Shown: positions 35,100 to 46,108 of the stretch, piece by piece
Position numbering within the stretch: position 1 is the stretch's first letter
Layout of the letters: the number at the start of each line of letters is the position of its first letter
Assembly (NCBI GenBank): GCA_014905635.1
Contig: JABVCE010000004.1
Span: 620,001-684,000, forward strand
Reading direction: 5' to 3'
From: Scenedesmus sp. PABB004
Taxonomy: Eukaryota
DNA: 64,000 nt
Notes under the pieces: generated by a model
The model's database searches: none
What the model was told of the DNA's origin: nothing
Seen by the model: the letters and a program-made list of their open reading frames with translations, nothing else
Position numbers and translations under genes: made by a program

Positions 35100-35716
35100 C
35101 GTCGGCCGCCCTCGGCGCGCCGACCCGGCCTGCGGCGGGCGCGCGGCGGGGGTCGCGCGCAGCGAGCGGGTCAGGGGGCTTGTCCGGCAACCGCTGCGCC
35201 CGCAGGCGCGCCCCCACCGCGCTGGCGCGGGCGTGCGGCGGGTGCTGCCCGCGGGTGGTGCCCGCCAGGCACGCACGCCTCCGCAGCGCCCTCGCGCGCG
35301 CGGCGTCGGCAATCTCCTCGATACCGGCGCGCCTGTGATTGGGCTCGGCGCCCTCAAATCCTGCGCACGCGCGAGCAACGCCCGCGGGCGCCGCCGATCG
35401 GCGGGCCCTGACGCGCTGGGAGGGCGCGGGCGGCGCTGATCGCAGCGGAAATGCGGCCACGCGGGCGCCCGGGCGCGGGCGGGGCGGCGGCGCGCCGCGG
35501 CGGCAGGTGCGCGGCCGCGGCTCAGCGGCGCCGCGGCGGCGCCACCCGCGCCCCTTGCCCGCCAGCGCCGTGCCAAGGCGCTCGGGGCACGCGCACGCGC
35601 TGCAGACACAGCGCCGAGGCGGCAGTCGCCGAGCTGCGGCCGAGAGCGCGGCCGGCACGTTGCAAGGGCGCGCCGCCCACCGCCCGCCACCGCCCATCCC
35701 GCCGGCGCACGCTGCA

Positions 35717-38700
35717 TCACTCGTCGAGCTCGCCGGCAAAGGCAAACAGCGCGGCCGTGTCGAGCGCGGCGTGCGTGTCCGCCGCGGGGTCCAGCCTGTC
35801 GCAGCCGCCGGGGCACGCACCGCCCTCGCGCGCGTCGCCCACCAGGTGGTCAAACAGGCACAGCAGCTCCGCGCCGCCGCCGGGGCGCGAGGCGGTGCCG
35901 CAGCGCGGCGGCGCCTGAGACGGCGGCGGCGCGTCGAGCCCGCCCCGGCGGCGGCCGGGGGGCTGGCGGCGCCGGCGCTGGCGCCGCTCGCGCCGCCCGT
36001 GCCGCCGCCGCCGCCGCTGCTGCCGCTGCCATCGCCGCTGCCGTCGCTGCTGGGGCTGGGCAGGCCCTCGAGCAGCGCGGCGTCGCCGAAGCACTGCATC
36101 ACTGCGCTTGCCGCCAGGCGCCGCGCGCGCGCGCCGGGGCGGGGCCTCGCGCGCGGCTTGGCCGCCGCGGCGCGTGCAGGGCTGCGCGCAGGGCTGGCGG
36201 GGCTGCCAGGGGGCCGCGCGCCGCTGCCGCAGCCGGAGCCCGCGCGCACCGCCGGGCCCGGCGGCGGCGGCGGGCTCGCCACCGGGCTGGCGGCGCGGGG
36301 GTCGCACGCGCAAGAGCCCTCGCCCGACTCCTCCTCCGCGCCGGCGCTGCGCGGCTGGCTGCCGCCCTGGCTGCCCGGCTGGCTGCCGCGCCGCTCCGGC
36401 GACGCGGCCGCGGCCGCCGTCTCGGGCCCCGGCGCCGGCCCTGCCAGGGCGCTGCACGCCGTTGCCGGCGGGGGCGGTGGCGCCCCGCAGCTGCGCGCGG
36501 GGTTGGGCCTGGCAGTCGCCTGGCAGGCCGCCGGGCCGCCGCCCGGCTGCGGCCCTGGGCTGGCGGGCGCCGGGCAGCCCTGGTCGTGCTTGCCGGGCGT
36601 CTCCAGCAGCTGCCCCACCACCGCCGGCAGCAGGCCCGCCAGGAACGAGTCCGACAGCCGCTCCGAACCGCTCTGGGCACCGGGCGCCTTGGCGAGCACG
36701 CCGCCGCTGCAGCTGAGCCCGGCGGGCGCCAGGCGGGGCGCGACGCCGGCGTGCCGGGCCTGCTGGCAAGGCGTGGCGGCCGTGGCGCCCGGCGCCCGCG
36801 CCACGGCCGGCGCCAGCGCCGCGCCCGCGTCCGGGCCAGGCGCGCCCTCAGCCAGCTCCGCCGGCGCCGGTGCGGCGGCCTGCGTGGAGCTGGCCGCGGC
36901 GCCCGCCGTGGCCGGGCTTGGCAGCGCCGCCTCGGAGGCTGCGGGTGCCGCCGGCGTGGGTGATGCTGTGGGGGCCTCGCCGTCGGCCGCCAGCACGGCC
37001 GCGGGCGGCCCGCGCGGCGCGGGCGGGCTGGCGCAGCCTGCCGGCACGGCCGCGGGTGGGCTGGCGCAGCCCGCCGGCACGGCCGCGGGCAGCTCGCTCA
37101 GCGGTGCGGGCGGGCTGGCGGCGCCACCCGCCTGCTGGTGGTCCGTGCCGGCGGCGCCCTCAGGCTCCGGCACCGGCGCCCAGTCCATGGGGGTGTCGTC
37201 GGTGAGGGTGGTGGTGCAGCCGTCGGCGGCCTCGGCGTCGGCGTCGTGCGCGGCGGCCTCGTCCGCGCGCACCGCGCCGGCCGCGCCCGGCGGCTCCTGC
37301 GGGCGCAGCGCCGGCACCGCCGCCGCTGCAGTCGCGGCGACCTGCAGCTGCGCGAGGAGGCTCGCGATCTGCTGCTGCTGCTCCTGGCCGCGCCGCTCCT
37401 GCGCGTCCAGCGCCGCGCGCTGCGCGTCCAGCGCGGCGCGCTGCTCCTCGAGCTGCCACGCTTGCGCCTCGATCGTCGCCGCCTGCTGGCTGGCGAGCGC
37501 CGTGAGCGCGGAGGCCGCCTGGCAGGGCGGCAGCGCAGGCGGCGCCTCCGATGCCCTGTGTGCGGCGAGCGGCGGCGGCGCGCGCGCCGTGAGCGGCGGC
37601 TCGGCGCGCGTGAGCAGTCGCCCTGCTGGGCCCGCCGCGCCGCGCACTCGCTGCTGGCGAGCGGCGCTGGCTCCTGGGCTCGCGCGGGCGCCAGCTGCGC
37701 GGCGGCCGCGACGTAAAAGCGCTTCACCGCGTCTGGAGCGGGTGCGGGCGCGGGCGGGCACGGGCGGGTGCGGGCGGGCGCGCGGCTCACGCGTGAGCTG
37801 CAACAGCGCGCGCCGCGCGCAGCGCGACGTGAGCACGGGCTGCGCGCGCCGCGCGCACCTGCCAGCGCCAGGCCCACGGCCGCCTCCTGCACGTGGCGCC
37901 GCCGCACGCGACTGAGGCGCGCGCGCTGCAGCTTGGCCCCCTTGCTGGCGTCGCGCAGCTCGCGCAGCGCGGCCGCCTGCGCCGCCGTCGCCGGCGACGG
38001 CTGGGCGCTGCCGGCGCCGCAGGCGCGCGCCGCACCCGCGCCGGGTGCACGGCGCTCGGCGGGCTGCGCGCCCGCAGCGCCGCCCGCCACGGCGGCGCCC
38101 GGCTGGACGGCCGGCCCGGCCGGCGGAGGCTTGGCTGCAGCGCAGCGCGGGCCGGGGTGGGCGGGCGTCAGGAGCATGAGCCGCGGCCGGCTCGAGCAGG
38201 CCCGGGCGGCGGGCGCTGCCGCGCAGCGCCGCGCCGCGCGCCCACGCCGCCGCACCCCGCTGCGCCGGCAGCAGCCCGAGCTGGCGCTTGACGCCGGTGA
38301 CGCTGCGGAACGCGGTGCCGGTGCCCGGCTCGATGAAGGCCTTGTTCTTGAAGGCCCCTGGGCCCAGCCGCACTGTGAGCTTGATGCTCCAGCCGTCCGG
38401 CAGCACGCCGCCCGCGCGCTCGACGTCGCGGCGCAGCCGCTCCAGCGCCGCGGCCTGCTCCTCCGCCGTCGGCGGCGCGCCGAGCGCTGCCGCCGCGGCG
38501 ACGCTGCCCTCTGCGGCGCCCGCGGCGGCGGCGCCCGGCGGCGCCGCGGGGGACGGCGGCGCGCTGGCGGCGGGGCACGGGCCAGCCTGGCGCCGCCTGC
38601 TGGCCGCGGGGATGCCGTGGCCGTCCTCTGACACGAGGTCCAGCGCGTCGCCGTCCGAGTCGCTGCTGCTGCCGCCGTCCTGCGCGCCGCCTGCGGAAGC

Positions 38701-40879
38701 CCGGCGGGCGGGCCGCCGCCGCGCGTGGGCGCGCAAGCAAAGCGGCGCCGTGGGGCCGCGCGGCCGCGCCGCGCGCTCACCCTGCCACTCGTCGTCACCG
38801 TCGCCGCCGCCGCGGCGCTGCCGCCGGCCGGCGCGCCCGCGCGCGCGGCCGCGGCGCCGGCCCGCCGCGCGCTCTCCGCCCGACTCCTCGTCCTCGCCGT
38901 CGTCCTCCTCGCTGCTGCTGTCCTCGCTGCTGGCGGCGCGCATGGGACCCTCCGCAGCCTCAAACGCCGCCCACGCCGCGCGCGCCTCGGCCGCCCACGG
39001 GTCGTCCGGCGCCGCGCCCGCGGCGCCGTCGCCGGAGCCCTCGCCGTCGCTGGCGTCGGCGTCGGCGTCGCCAGCTGCGCCGCGCGCCCGCCGCCCGCCG
39101 AACGACAGCGCCAGCCCGGCCTCGCCCTCGTCGGCCCCGGCCTTGCCGCCCCGCGCGCGCGCGCGGCTGCCGCTGCGGCTCCCGCTGCGGCGGGCGCCGG
39201 CACCCGCGCCCGCGCGCGGCGCGGCGCCGCGCGCGCGGGGCCGGCGCGCGCCGCCGCCGCCGGCCCGGCCGCCGCCGGCTGCGGCGCCGCCGGCGCGCGG
39301 CCACGTGCGCTTCTTGACCAGCTGCGCGCTCTCAAAGTCGGGCGTGACGACGTGCTGCTCCAGCGCCGCCGCCTCCTGCAGCGTCAGGGGCATGAACGAA
39401 AAGTTGTAGCGCCACATCGGCAGCACCGCGCGGATGGACGGCAGCACCAGCCAGCGCACGCGCAGCGCCCTCAGCATGTCCTCCACGCCCTGCGGCCCCC
39501 GGGGCGGCGGCGGCGGCGGCACGGCGCAGCGCGAGGGTGGGCGGGAGACCCGGGCATGGTGGTGCGCAGCCGAGCCGCGCAAGGCGGACGCGCGCCGCGC
39601 GGCGCCGCCGGCGCCGCGCCTTGACGAGGCGGCGGCAGTGCCCCGCGCGCCGGTGGCCCTGCCGCGTCGCGACAAAGGGCATCTCCGCCAGCTGGCTGCC
39701 AAACAGCCTGCGGCCGGGCCGCGGCGCGGCCAGCTCTCAGCACGCGGCGAGCGCCTCAGGCCAGGCTCTGGCCGGGCCCAGGTGAGCCGCGCACCTCAGC
39801 GTGGCCACGCTCACGATCTGGCCGCTCTTGCGCAGCGCGACGACGCGGAAGCCCGCTGCGCGGGCGCCGCGGCGACGGGCGGGCGGGCGGTTCGGCGGGC
39901 GGGTCGGCGTGCAGGCGCGGCAGCACCACAGCGCGGTGTGCGCGGCGGGCGCGGCGGGCGTGGCGGGCGCGGCGGGCGCTCACAGTAGTCGTAGCCCTCC
40001 GGCTCCTCCTCCTCGCCCTCCTGCCCGCTCCCCGCCCCGCCGCCGCCGGGCTCGCCGCCGTCGGGCGACTCGTACGCGGTGCAGCACATCGCGACCAGGT
40101 CCTGACCGTTGGGCATGATCAGAGGGTCTGGCGGCGGCGGGGAGGGCGGCGGCGGCAGCGGCAGCGCGTGGCGGGCGCGCGTCAGCTGCGCCGGGGAGGG
40201 CCGCGCGCTGGCCGAGGCAGCGGGCGGCCGGGCGCGTGCGCCTGCAGGCGACGCGCGCCGCCGCGCGCACCAAAGGACGACCGGAAGATCTTGAGCGCCG
40301 TGTCCACCACCGCGCGCACGCCTGCGCGCAGCGCGGCGGGGCGGGGCGGGGTGCGCGCTCGGGGGCGCTCGGCGGTGCGCGCGGCCAACGCAGCGGCGGC
40401 GCGCGGCCGCGGCTCCGCGCCGCCGTGGCGCGCACCGCGGCTGTCGGGGTCGTAGCGCACCACCTCGATCGTGTACTCCCCCGCCTCGCCGCGCAGCGGC
40501 TGCCGCACGTTGCTGTGGCTCTCCAGGTAGCCCGACACCTCCTCGCACGCCTGGCGGCGCGGCCCGGGAGCGCGCGGCGGTCGCGTCAGCGCGCGCAAGC
40601 ATACTGATGTTGCGCCGCGCCGCGCCGCGCCCGCACCGGGCTGCAGAACCAGCTGCTGCCGCTGTTGATGAACTCCTCCGTCAGCACGCGCCCGGTGGAG
40701 GCCTCGAAGCAGTCGACGTGCGTGCCCTTGGCGGCGCAGCAGGAGCAGAGGATGAGGTTGCGCGGCCCATACTCGGGCGCAAAGTCGTCCTTGCCGCAGT
40801 GGACGCACACGGTGTCCAGGGAGTACCAGGGAGCGTCCTGGCCACCGGCGCCCGCGCCGCCGGCGCCCGCAGCGGCCAT
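35717..40879 (-). CDS. IDM1/ROS4-like protein: PHD finger, GNAT acetyltransferase, MBD-like domain and long low-complexity tail (3' end uncertain)
   Basis: CVHCG..LILCSCC..THVDC..WFCSP; VVALRKSGQIVSVATLR|LFGSQLAEMPFVATRQGHRRAGHCRRL; LRVRWLVLPS..PMWRYNFSF; LPDGWSIK...PGTGTAFRSVTGVKRQLG. Confidence 0.82.
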
Positions 40880-41575
40880 GGCGGCCCAGGGAGCGGGTGC
40901 GGCGGCCCGCTGCTCACGCGCCGCCACGCTCGTGCAGCCGCTGGCCGCAACGCGCGGCCGCCATCGCTCGCGGGGATATCAGGGGGGCCCTGAAGGCGCA
41001 GAAGCGCGCGCGCCCGGGAGCGGCTGGGCGCCCTGCGCGCGCCACAGGGGGCGGGCTGTGGCCGCGAGGGCCCGGGCTGCTGCGGCGCGCCTGCGGCGTT
41101 GCAGGGGCTGGCACGCGGGGAGAGGCTCTGTGAGTGGCGCGCGCGCGGTCTGGGGCGCGCCAGGCGCAGCAATCGAGCCTGTGTTACGCTGCGCCACTCG
41201 AACGAAACCCGCCGCTGCTTCGCTACGCCGGGTTGCCTTTCATTAGCGAGCCGGAGCATGAATGCTGCCCCAGCCTCCAAGCACATACAAGGGCGTGGCA
41301 CCGCCGCCGGCCGCGGCCGCGCCGGGCGCGGCGCCGCGCGCCGCGCCGCAGGCCGCCAGGCTGCGGCGCGGCCGCGCGCGCCGCGCCGCGCTCTGAAATT
41401 CGTTCACACCATCCTGCTGGCTGGCTGTTGGTACACAGGTACAGGAAACCATGGGGGTGGTACAGGGGCGCCATTGATGGCGGGCGCCGGTCAACAGAGG
41501 AGCACAGTCAAGTCCGTCATGGCCGCGGGCGAGCGGGCTCCACGAGAGTGCGCAAGCGGGCGAGCGAGCGCGGCG

Positions 41576-42464
41576 TCAAAAGTACACGGCGTCAATGTCG
41601 TCGCTGCTGCCGCCCTCGAGCTCGTGCGCCGCGCCATCACGCGGGCCGCGCTCGAGCAGGCGCGGCAGCAGCAGCGGCGGCGGCGGCAGCGGCGCCGCGT
41701 CGACGACCTGCGAGCGCTCGAGAATGAACTTGCCGACCTTGTAGCGCTGGCTCTCCTCCGCGGCGGCCTCCTGCAGCGGGCACGCGGGGGGGGGGGGGCA
41801 CCACGCGCGGGTGGGCGGAGCGCGGGCGGGCGGCGCGCGCCGCGGCGCCGCGGCAGCGCGCAGGGGGCGCGCGGCGTCGGGAGTGCGGCCGCGCTCACGT
41901 ATTTCCAGCCCACGACGCTGTGGCAGCGCGTGCACGCGATGTCCGCGACGACGTGCACGCCCGTGGTCATCAGCCGCTCCTCGCCTGCGCGCGGCGCGGC
42001 ACGGCGCGCTCAGCGGCGGCGGGCGGGGGCCTGCGTCCAGCCTCGCCGCGCCAGCCAGCTCACCCGGTCCGGGGACGACGTTGACGACGCGCTCGAAGAG
42101 CCAGGCGGGGCCGTTCTTGCTGTGGAATTGCTGCGCGCCAGGCAGCGGCGGCGGGGGTTTCGGTGCCGCCGCCTGCTGCCGGCAGCGCGCGGCACGCGGC
42201 GGCGCTGGCAGCTCCTCGGCAAGGCTCCCGGCACGTCGCGCCACGCGCGGCGGGCCGCGGCGGGCTGGCGCGGCGCGCTCGCGGCCACGCCAGCGCGAGC
42301 TGGCTGGGCTGGCGCAGCGCGGGGCCGCCCTGGCTGCGCTCCCGCAGTCGCGTCGAGCTGCCCACCTTGCTCAGGAGCTGCTCCTCTGCCGCCAGCACCG
42401 CGCGGCAGGCTCGGCAGGCAAAGGTCTTCGTGCCCTCGAGCGCCTCGAGGAAGAGGCGCCCCAT
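41576..42464 (-). CDS. Yippee-like (YPEL) Zn-binding protein
   Basis: MGRLFL...FACRAC...LLSK|QFHSKNGPAWLF..VVNV|ERLMTTGVHVVADIACTRCHSVVGWKY|...SQRYKVGKFILE. Confidence 0.95.
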
Positions 42465-43036
42465 CGCGCCTCGCCTCGTCAAGGCAGACCTCCCCGGACG
42501 GGCCTGGGCGGGCGCGCTGAGCCGGTGCGGTCGGCGCTGAGCTGCGGATTGGCGGAGCTGGCCGCGGGTCGCGCTGGCTCCGGTACGCGCTGGCCGGGTG
42601 CGGGGTGAGCTCTGGGAACAGTGCGAGTCGGGATTCCCTGGCGTCGACGGCGGCTGCGGCGATGGGTGGGGTTGGGGTCCGCCGCGGCCACGGGCGGCGT
42701 GCTGGCGGCGGCGGCGCCCAACGCGCGGCGCGGCTCAGCGGCAGGTGCCGCAGCAGCAGCAGGTGTAGCAGCAGCGACGTCCAACGCGCGCCGCCGCCGC
42801 CGCCCGCCGCCCGCCGACCGCCGACCGCGCCCGCTCGCCCAGGGCTCCTCCTTCCGGCTCTCTCATTTCCAGCTCGACACGCTGCCGGAACGGCCGCAGC
42901 AGCAGCTCGGCGCGCGTGATCGCTTACCCCTGCGCGGTTGCATCCATCGCCGCCGCCGCTGCTCTCGGCGCAGCAGGGCCCGCGCGCCAGCGGCAGCCCG
43001 CAGTCTCGTTCCTGGGGCCGCGCTCCAACAGCGGCG

Positions 43037-43921
43037 ATGGCAGCGCCGGGGCAGCAGGACCTGGAAGCGGCGGCGCAGCCGCTGCTCGAGCCGTCCGCGC
43101 CGCGCCGCGACTGGAAGCGCAGCGTGGCGACCTCTGCCTACGCCTGGCTCAGCCACACGGCCACCTGCGTGCTGCTGGGCCTGCTCTCGGCGGTCGCGCT
43201 CAAGGTGCGGGCCGTCGGCGCGGGCGCGCCGCTGCGCCGCACGCCTCACCCCCGCCCCCGCCGCCGTCGCCGCAGCTGTTCGGCCCGCCCATCGCGAGCG
43301 CCGTGGTGCTGCTGTCCGTGGCCGTGCTGGTGCGCGCGGCGCGGCGCCGGCAGCCGGCAGCGTCCGCCGCGGCCGCCGGCGGCGCCGCTCCTGCCGGGGC
43401 CTGTTGATGTTGCCGTCCGGCCCACCATCGACCCCGTGACCCCCGCCCGCGCGTCTCCCGTGCCCAGATTCTTGCCTACTACGGGTACGTCAACCTCAAC
43501 TGGAAGAGCGTGACGACCGCCTTCCTGTGGGGCCTCGACGCCGACAACGACGGGTGCGCGCGCCCGCCGGCGGGGCCGCGCCGCGCCGCGCCAACTTGCC
43601 CTGATCCGACCTGACCGCCACGCCGCCGCGCCGCCGCGCCGCCGCGCAGGCGCGTCGCGCTGAGCGACTTCAAGATCTGGTTCGGCCGGCTGTACCGCTT
43701 CTTCGTGAGCTTCGTGAGTCGCCGCAGCCCTGAGCCCGCCGCCCCCGCCCGCGCCGCCGCGCGTGCGCGCGTCGCCAGGGGGCTGCCGCGCGGCCGGCGC
43801 GCCGCGCGGCGCTGCCGCGGCGCCCACGCGCGCGCCGCCGCATCCCAACGCGCCGCCGCAGGGCCTCAGCTCGGTGGGCGGGTTCCTGCTGGGCTTCTGG
43901 ATGGGCCTCCGCCTGCTGTGA
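43037..43921 (+). CDS. FUN14-family membrane protein
   Basis: [10 protein letters not shown]|...|[13 protein letters not shown]...LDADNDG|RVALSDF...|[17 protein letters not shown]. Confidence 0.8.
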
Positions 43922-44335
43922 GCGCCGGCGCCGCAGGGCCGCGGCGGCAGCATGCCCGCGCGACCGCGCGCGCCTCTCCCGCCATCTGCGGGGGAGCTGA
44001 TGCGAGTCGGGCAGGGCTGCAGCGGGGTCGGGGTTTACACACCCAAACGCACGCCGCCCGCCGCCGGCCCGCGGCGGCAGCAGCACGAGGCGCGCTCTAG
44101 CTAGCTATCGCGCTGGCGCCTCGCTCAGCCGCTCCAAAATCAATGGGCCTGGCTGCCTGCCTAAAGCGCTGGTAAAGCCCTCTTCCCGCGAGGCGCGCGT
44201 GCGCGTCAGCGTCAGTCGGCGTCAGTCGGCGTCAGTCGGCGTCAGTCAGGGCCGGCGGACAGAAGCGGCGCGGGCGCCCCCAGCCACGCCGCCGCCGGCG
44301 CGCGCGCGCCCGGCCGCGGGCCGCGGGCCGCCGCG

Positions 44336-45738
44336 TCACGTGAAGTCGCGGTGCCTGCACACGGCGGGCGCGACCACGGTCCAGATGTACAGCGCCTCGG
44401 CGAACCACTTGGATCCCATCTTGACCCACGTGCTGATCCAGCCGCGGTCGATGCGCCACATGTCGCCCGGGTCGGGGCTGAGCTGCCAGTTGGTCAGCAG
44501 CATGGCCATGTACATCGCCGCGAGCGCAAAGATGAGGTGGAAGACGTCCGGCCGGTACGGCAGCTCGCCCTTGTCCTCGTCGCCGCCGCCAAAGATGTGC
44601 GACGTCCCCAGCGTCAGCGTGCTGTACACGACCGCGGCGAGGCCGAGGAAGACGCCCACGATCTGCGCGCGGCGCAGGCGGGCGGCCGCGCGGGCGGCGC
44701 GCGGGGCCGGCGCGCGGGCGGCGCGGGGCCGGCGCGGTCGGCGCGGGCGCGGGGCCGCCGCGGCGCGGCACCGCTGCCGGTGCTGGTCTCGCCCCCGCCG
44801 CCGCCGCCTGCCGCCGCTGCCGCCGCTGCCGCCGCCGCGCGGCCCCGCCCGCCCCGCGCCGCCGCGCGGCGCGGCGCGCGCACCGTGATCCACTGCTGCC
44901 GCGCGCCGGTGTCGCGCACGCAGTCGTTGAGCGGCTCGCTGCTGAGCGCGGAGAGCAGGAGGTACGACGCGTACGCAAAGACCGCGCCGCTCGTGAGCAG
45001 GCCGGCGACCTCGAGCCGCCCCGGCACGAAGAGCACGGCGACCATGGCGAGGCCCATGACGAGGGACCAGGTGATGAAAAAGAGGTTTAGCGAGCAGCCC
45101 GGGCTGGTCGCGTAGTAGTGGTAGCACAGGGCCACGAGCGCGAGGCCGCCGCCAAAGCCGAGCGCCGCGCCGGCCACGAGCAGCGCCCACGACCACCACG
45201 CGTCGGCGGCGACGAGCGCCGCGTTCGCGTCGTACGTCGCCGCGACGGTCTCGACCATGACAAACACGAGGAAGAGCCCCGCGCCGAAGCGCGCGGCGTT
45301 GGCATAGTAGAAGATGGCGCCCGGGGGGACGAAGAGGAAGCCGACGAGCGCGCCCGCCCAGAGGAGCGCCTTCCACAGCCAGCCGCCGGTGTGCAGGCCG
45401 ACGCGCGGGTCGGACTCGCGGCGGCACCAGAGCAGCGCGAGCGCGTGCGCGGCGAAGAACGAAAAGGTGGCGAAGCTGAAGCGCAGCACCACCTGCTGCC
45501 CGCTGCAGAGCGCAGAGGTCGAGACCGCCGCGTTGCCGCCCGCGGTCGCGTCGGCGCAGACGGCGGCAAACAGCCGGTTGCGCGTGAACGCAGCCTCGCC
45601 GTACGTCCGCAGCAGCCAGGTCACCACCGTGACCACGCCGAAGAGGGAGCAGTACACCCACTTGGCGACGCCGAGCGCGTGGCGCGGCTCGCCGCCGGTC
45701 GAGAGGCAGCAGAGCGCGTTGCCGGAGCAGCACAGCAT
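44336..45738 (-). CDS. Serinc / TMS membrane protein (serine incorporator)
   Basis: AKWVY, VLRFSFATFSFF, LHTGGWLWK, GCSLNLFFI, GLLTSG...SALSSEP, PYRPDVFHLIFALAAMYMAMLLTNW, WVKMGSKW..LYIWTVVAP...RDFT. Confidence 0.95.
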
Positions 45739-46108
45739 CGCGACGCGGGCCCCGCGGGCGGGCTCATCGCCGGAGCGGCATGGGAGGGGCGGGCGGACCT
45801 CGATGCGGGCGGGGCAGGCCCGAGAGCGCGGGACTTGGAGCTGGCCGGGAGCTGCTGTTGACGGCCAAGGCAGCTGCCGCGCGTGGACCGGCTGGCCCGG
45901 CGGGCCGGGCTGGGCGGCGGTGAGTGCGCAAGGCGCGGGACTGCAGCGACAGGTTGCGCGGGGCGCGGGAGCGCCGCCAGGGCGCCGTGCAGCGGCGCCG
46001 CTAAACTGACAACACTCCTCAGCCGCCGCGCACGGGTCAGCGCCTCCGCAGTCCGTCATCGATCTCGGTGCGACTGCGTGGCGTGGCTTCAGCAGCGCCG
46101 GCAGCAGC

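Noticed and set aside
35717..36000. Apparent frameshift near the end of the IDM1-like gene
   Set aside because: Low-complexity region; an intron, a sequencing indel and a different stop cannot be distinguished, so no pseudogene or recoding claim is made
43530..43675. EF-hand-like DADNDG loop in FUN14
   Set aside because: I recall similar loops in other plant and protist FUN14 proteins; not evidently novel
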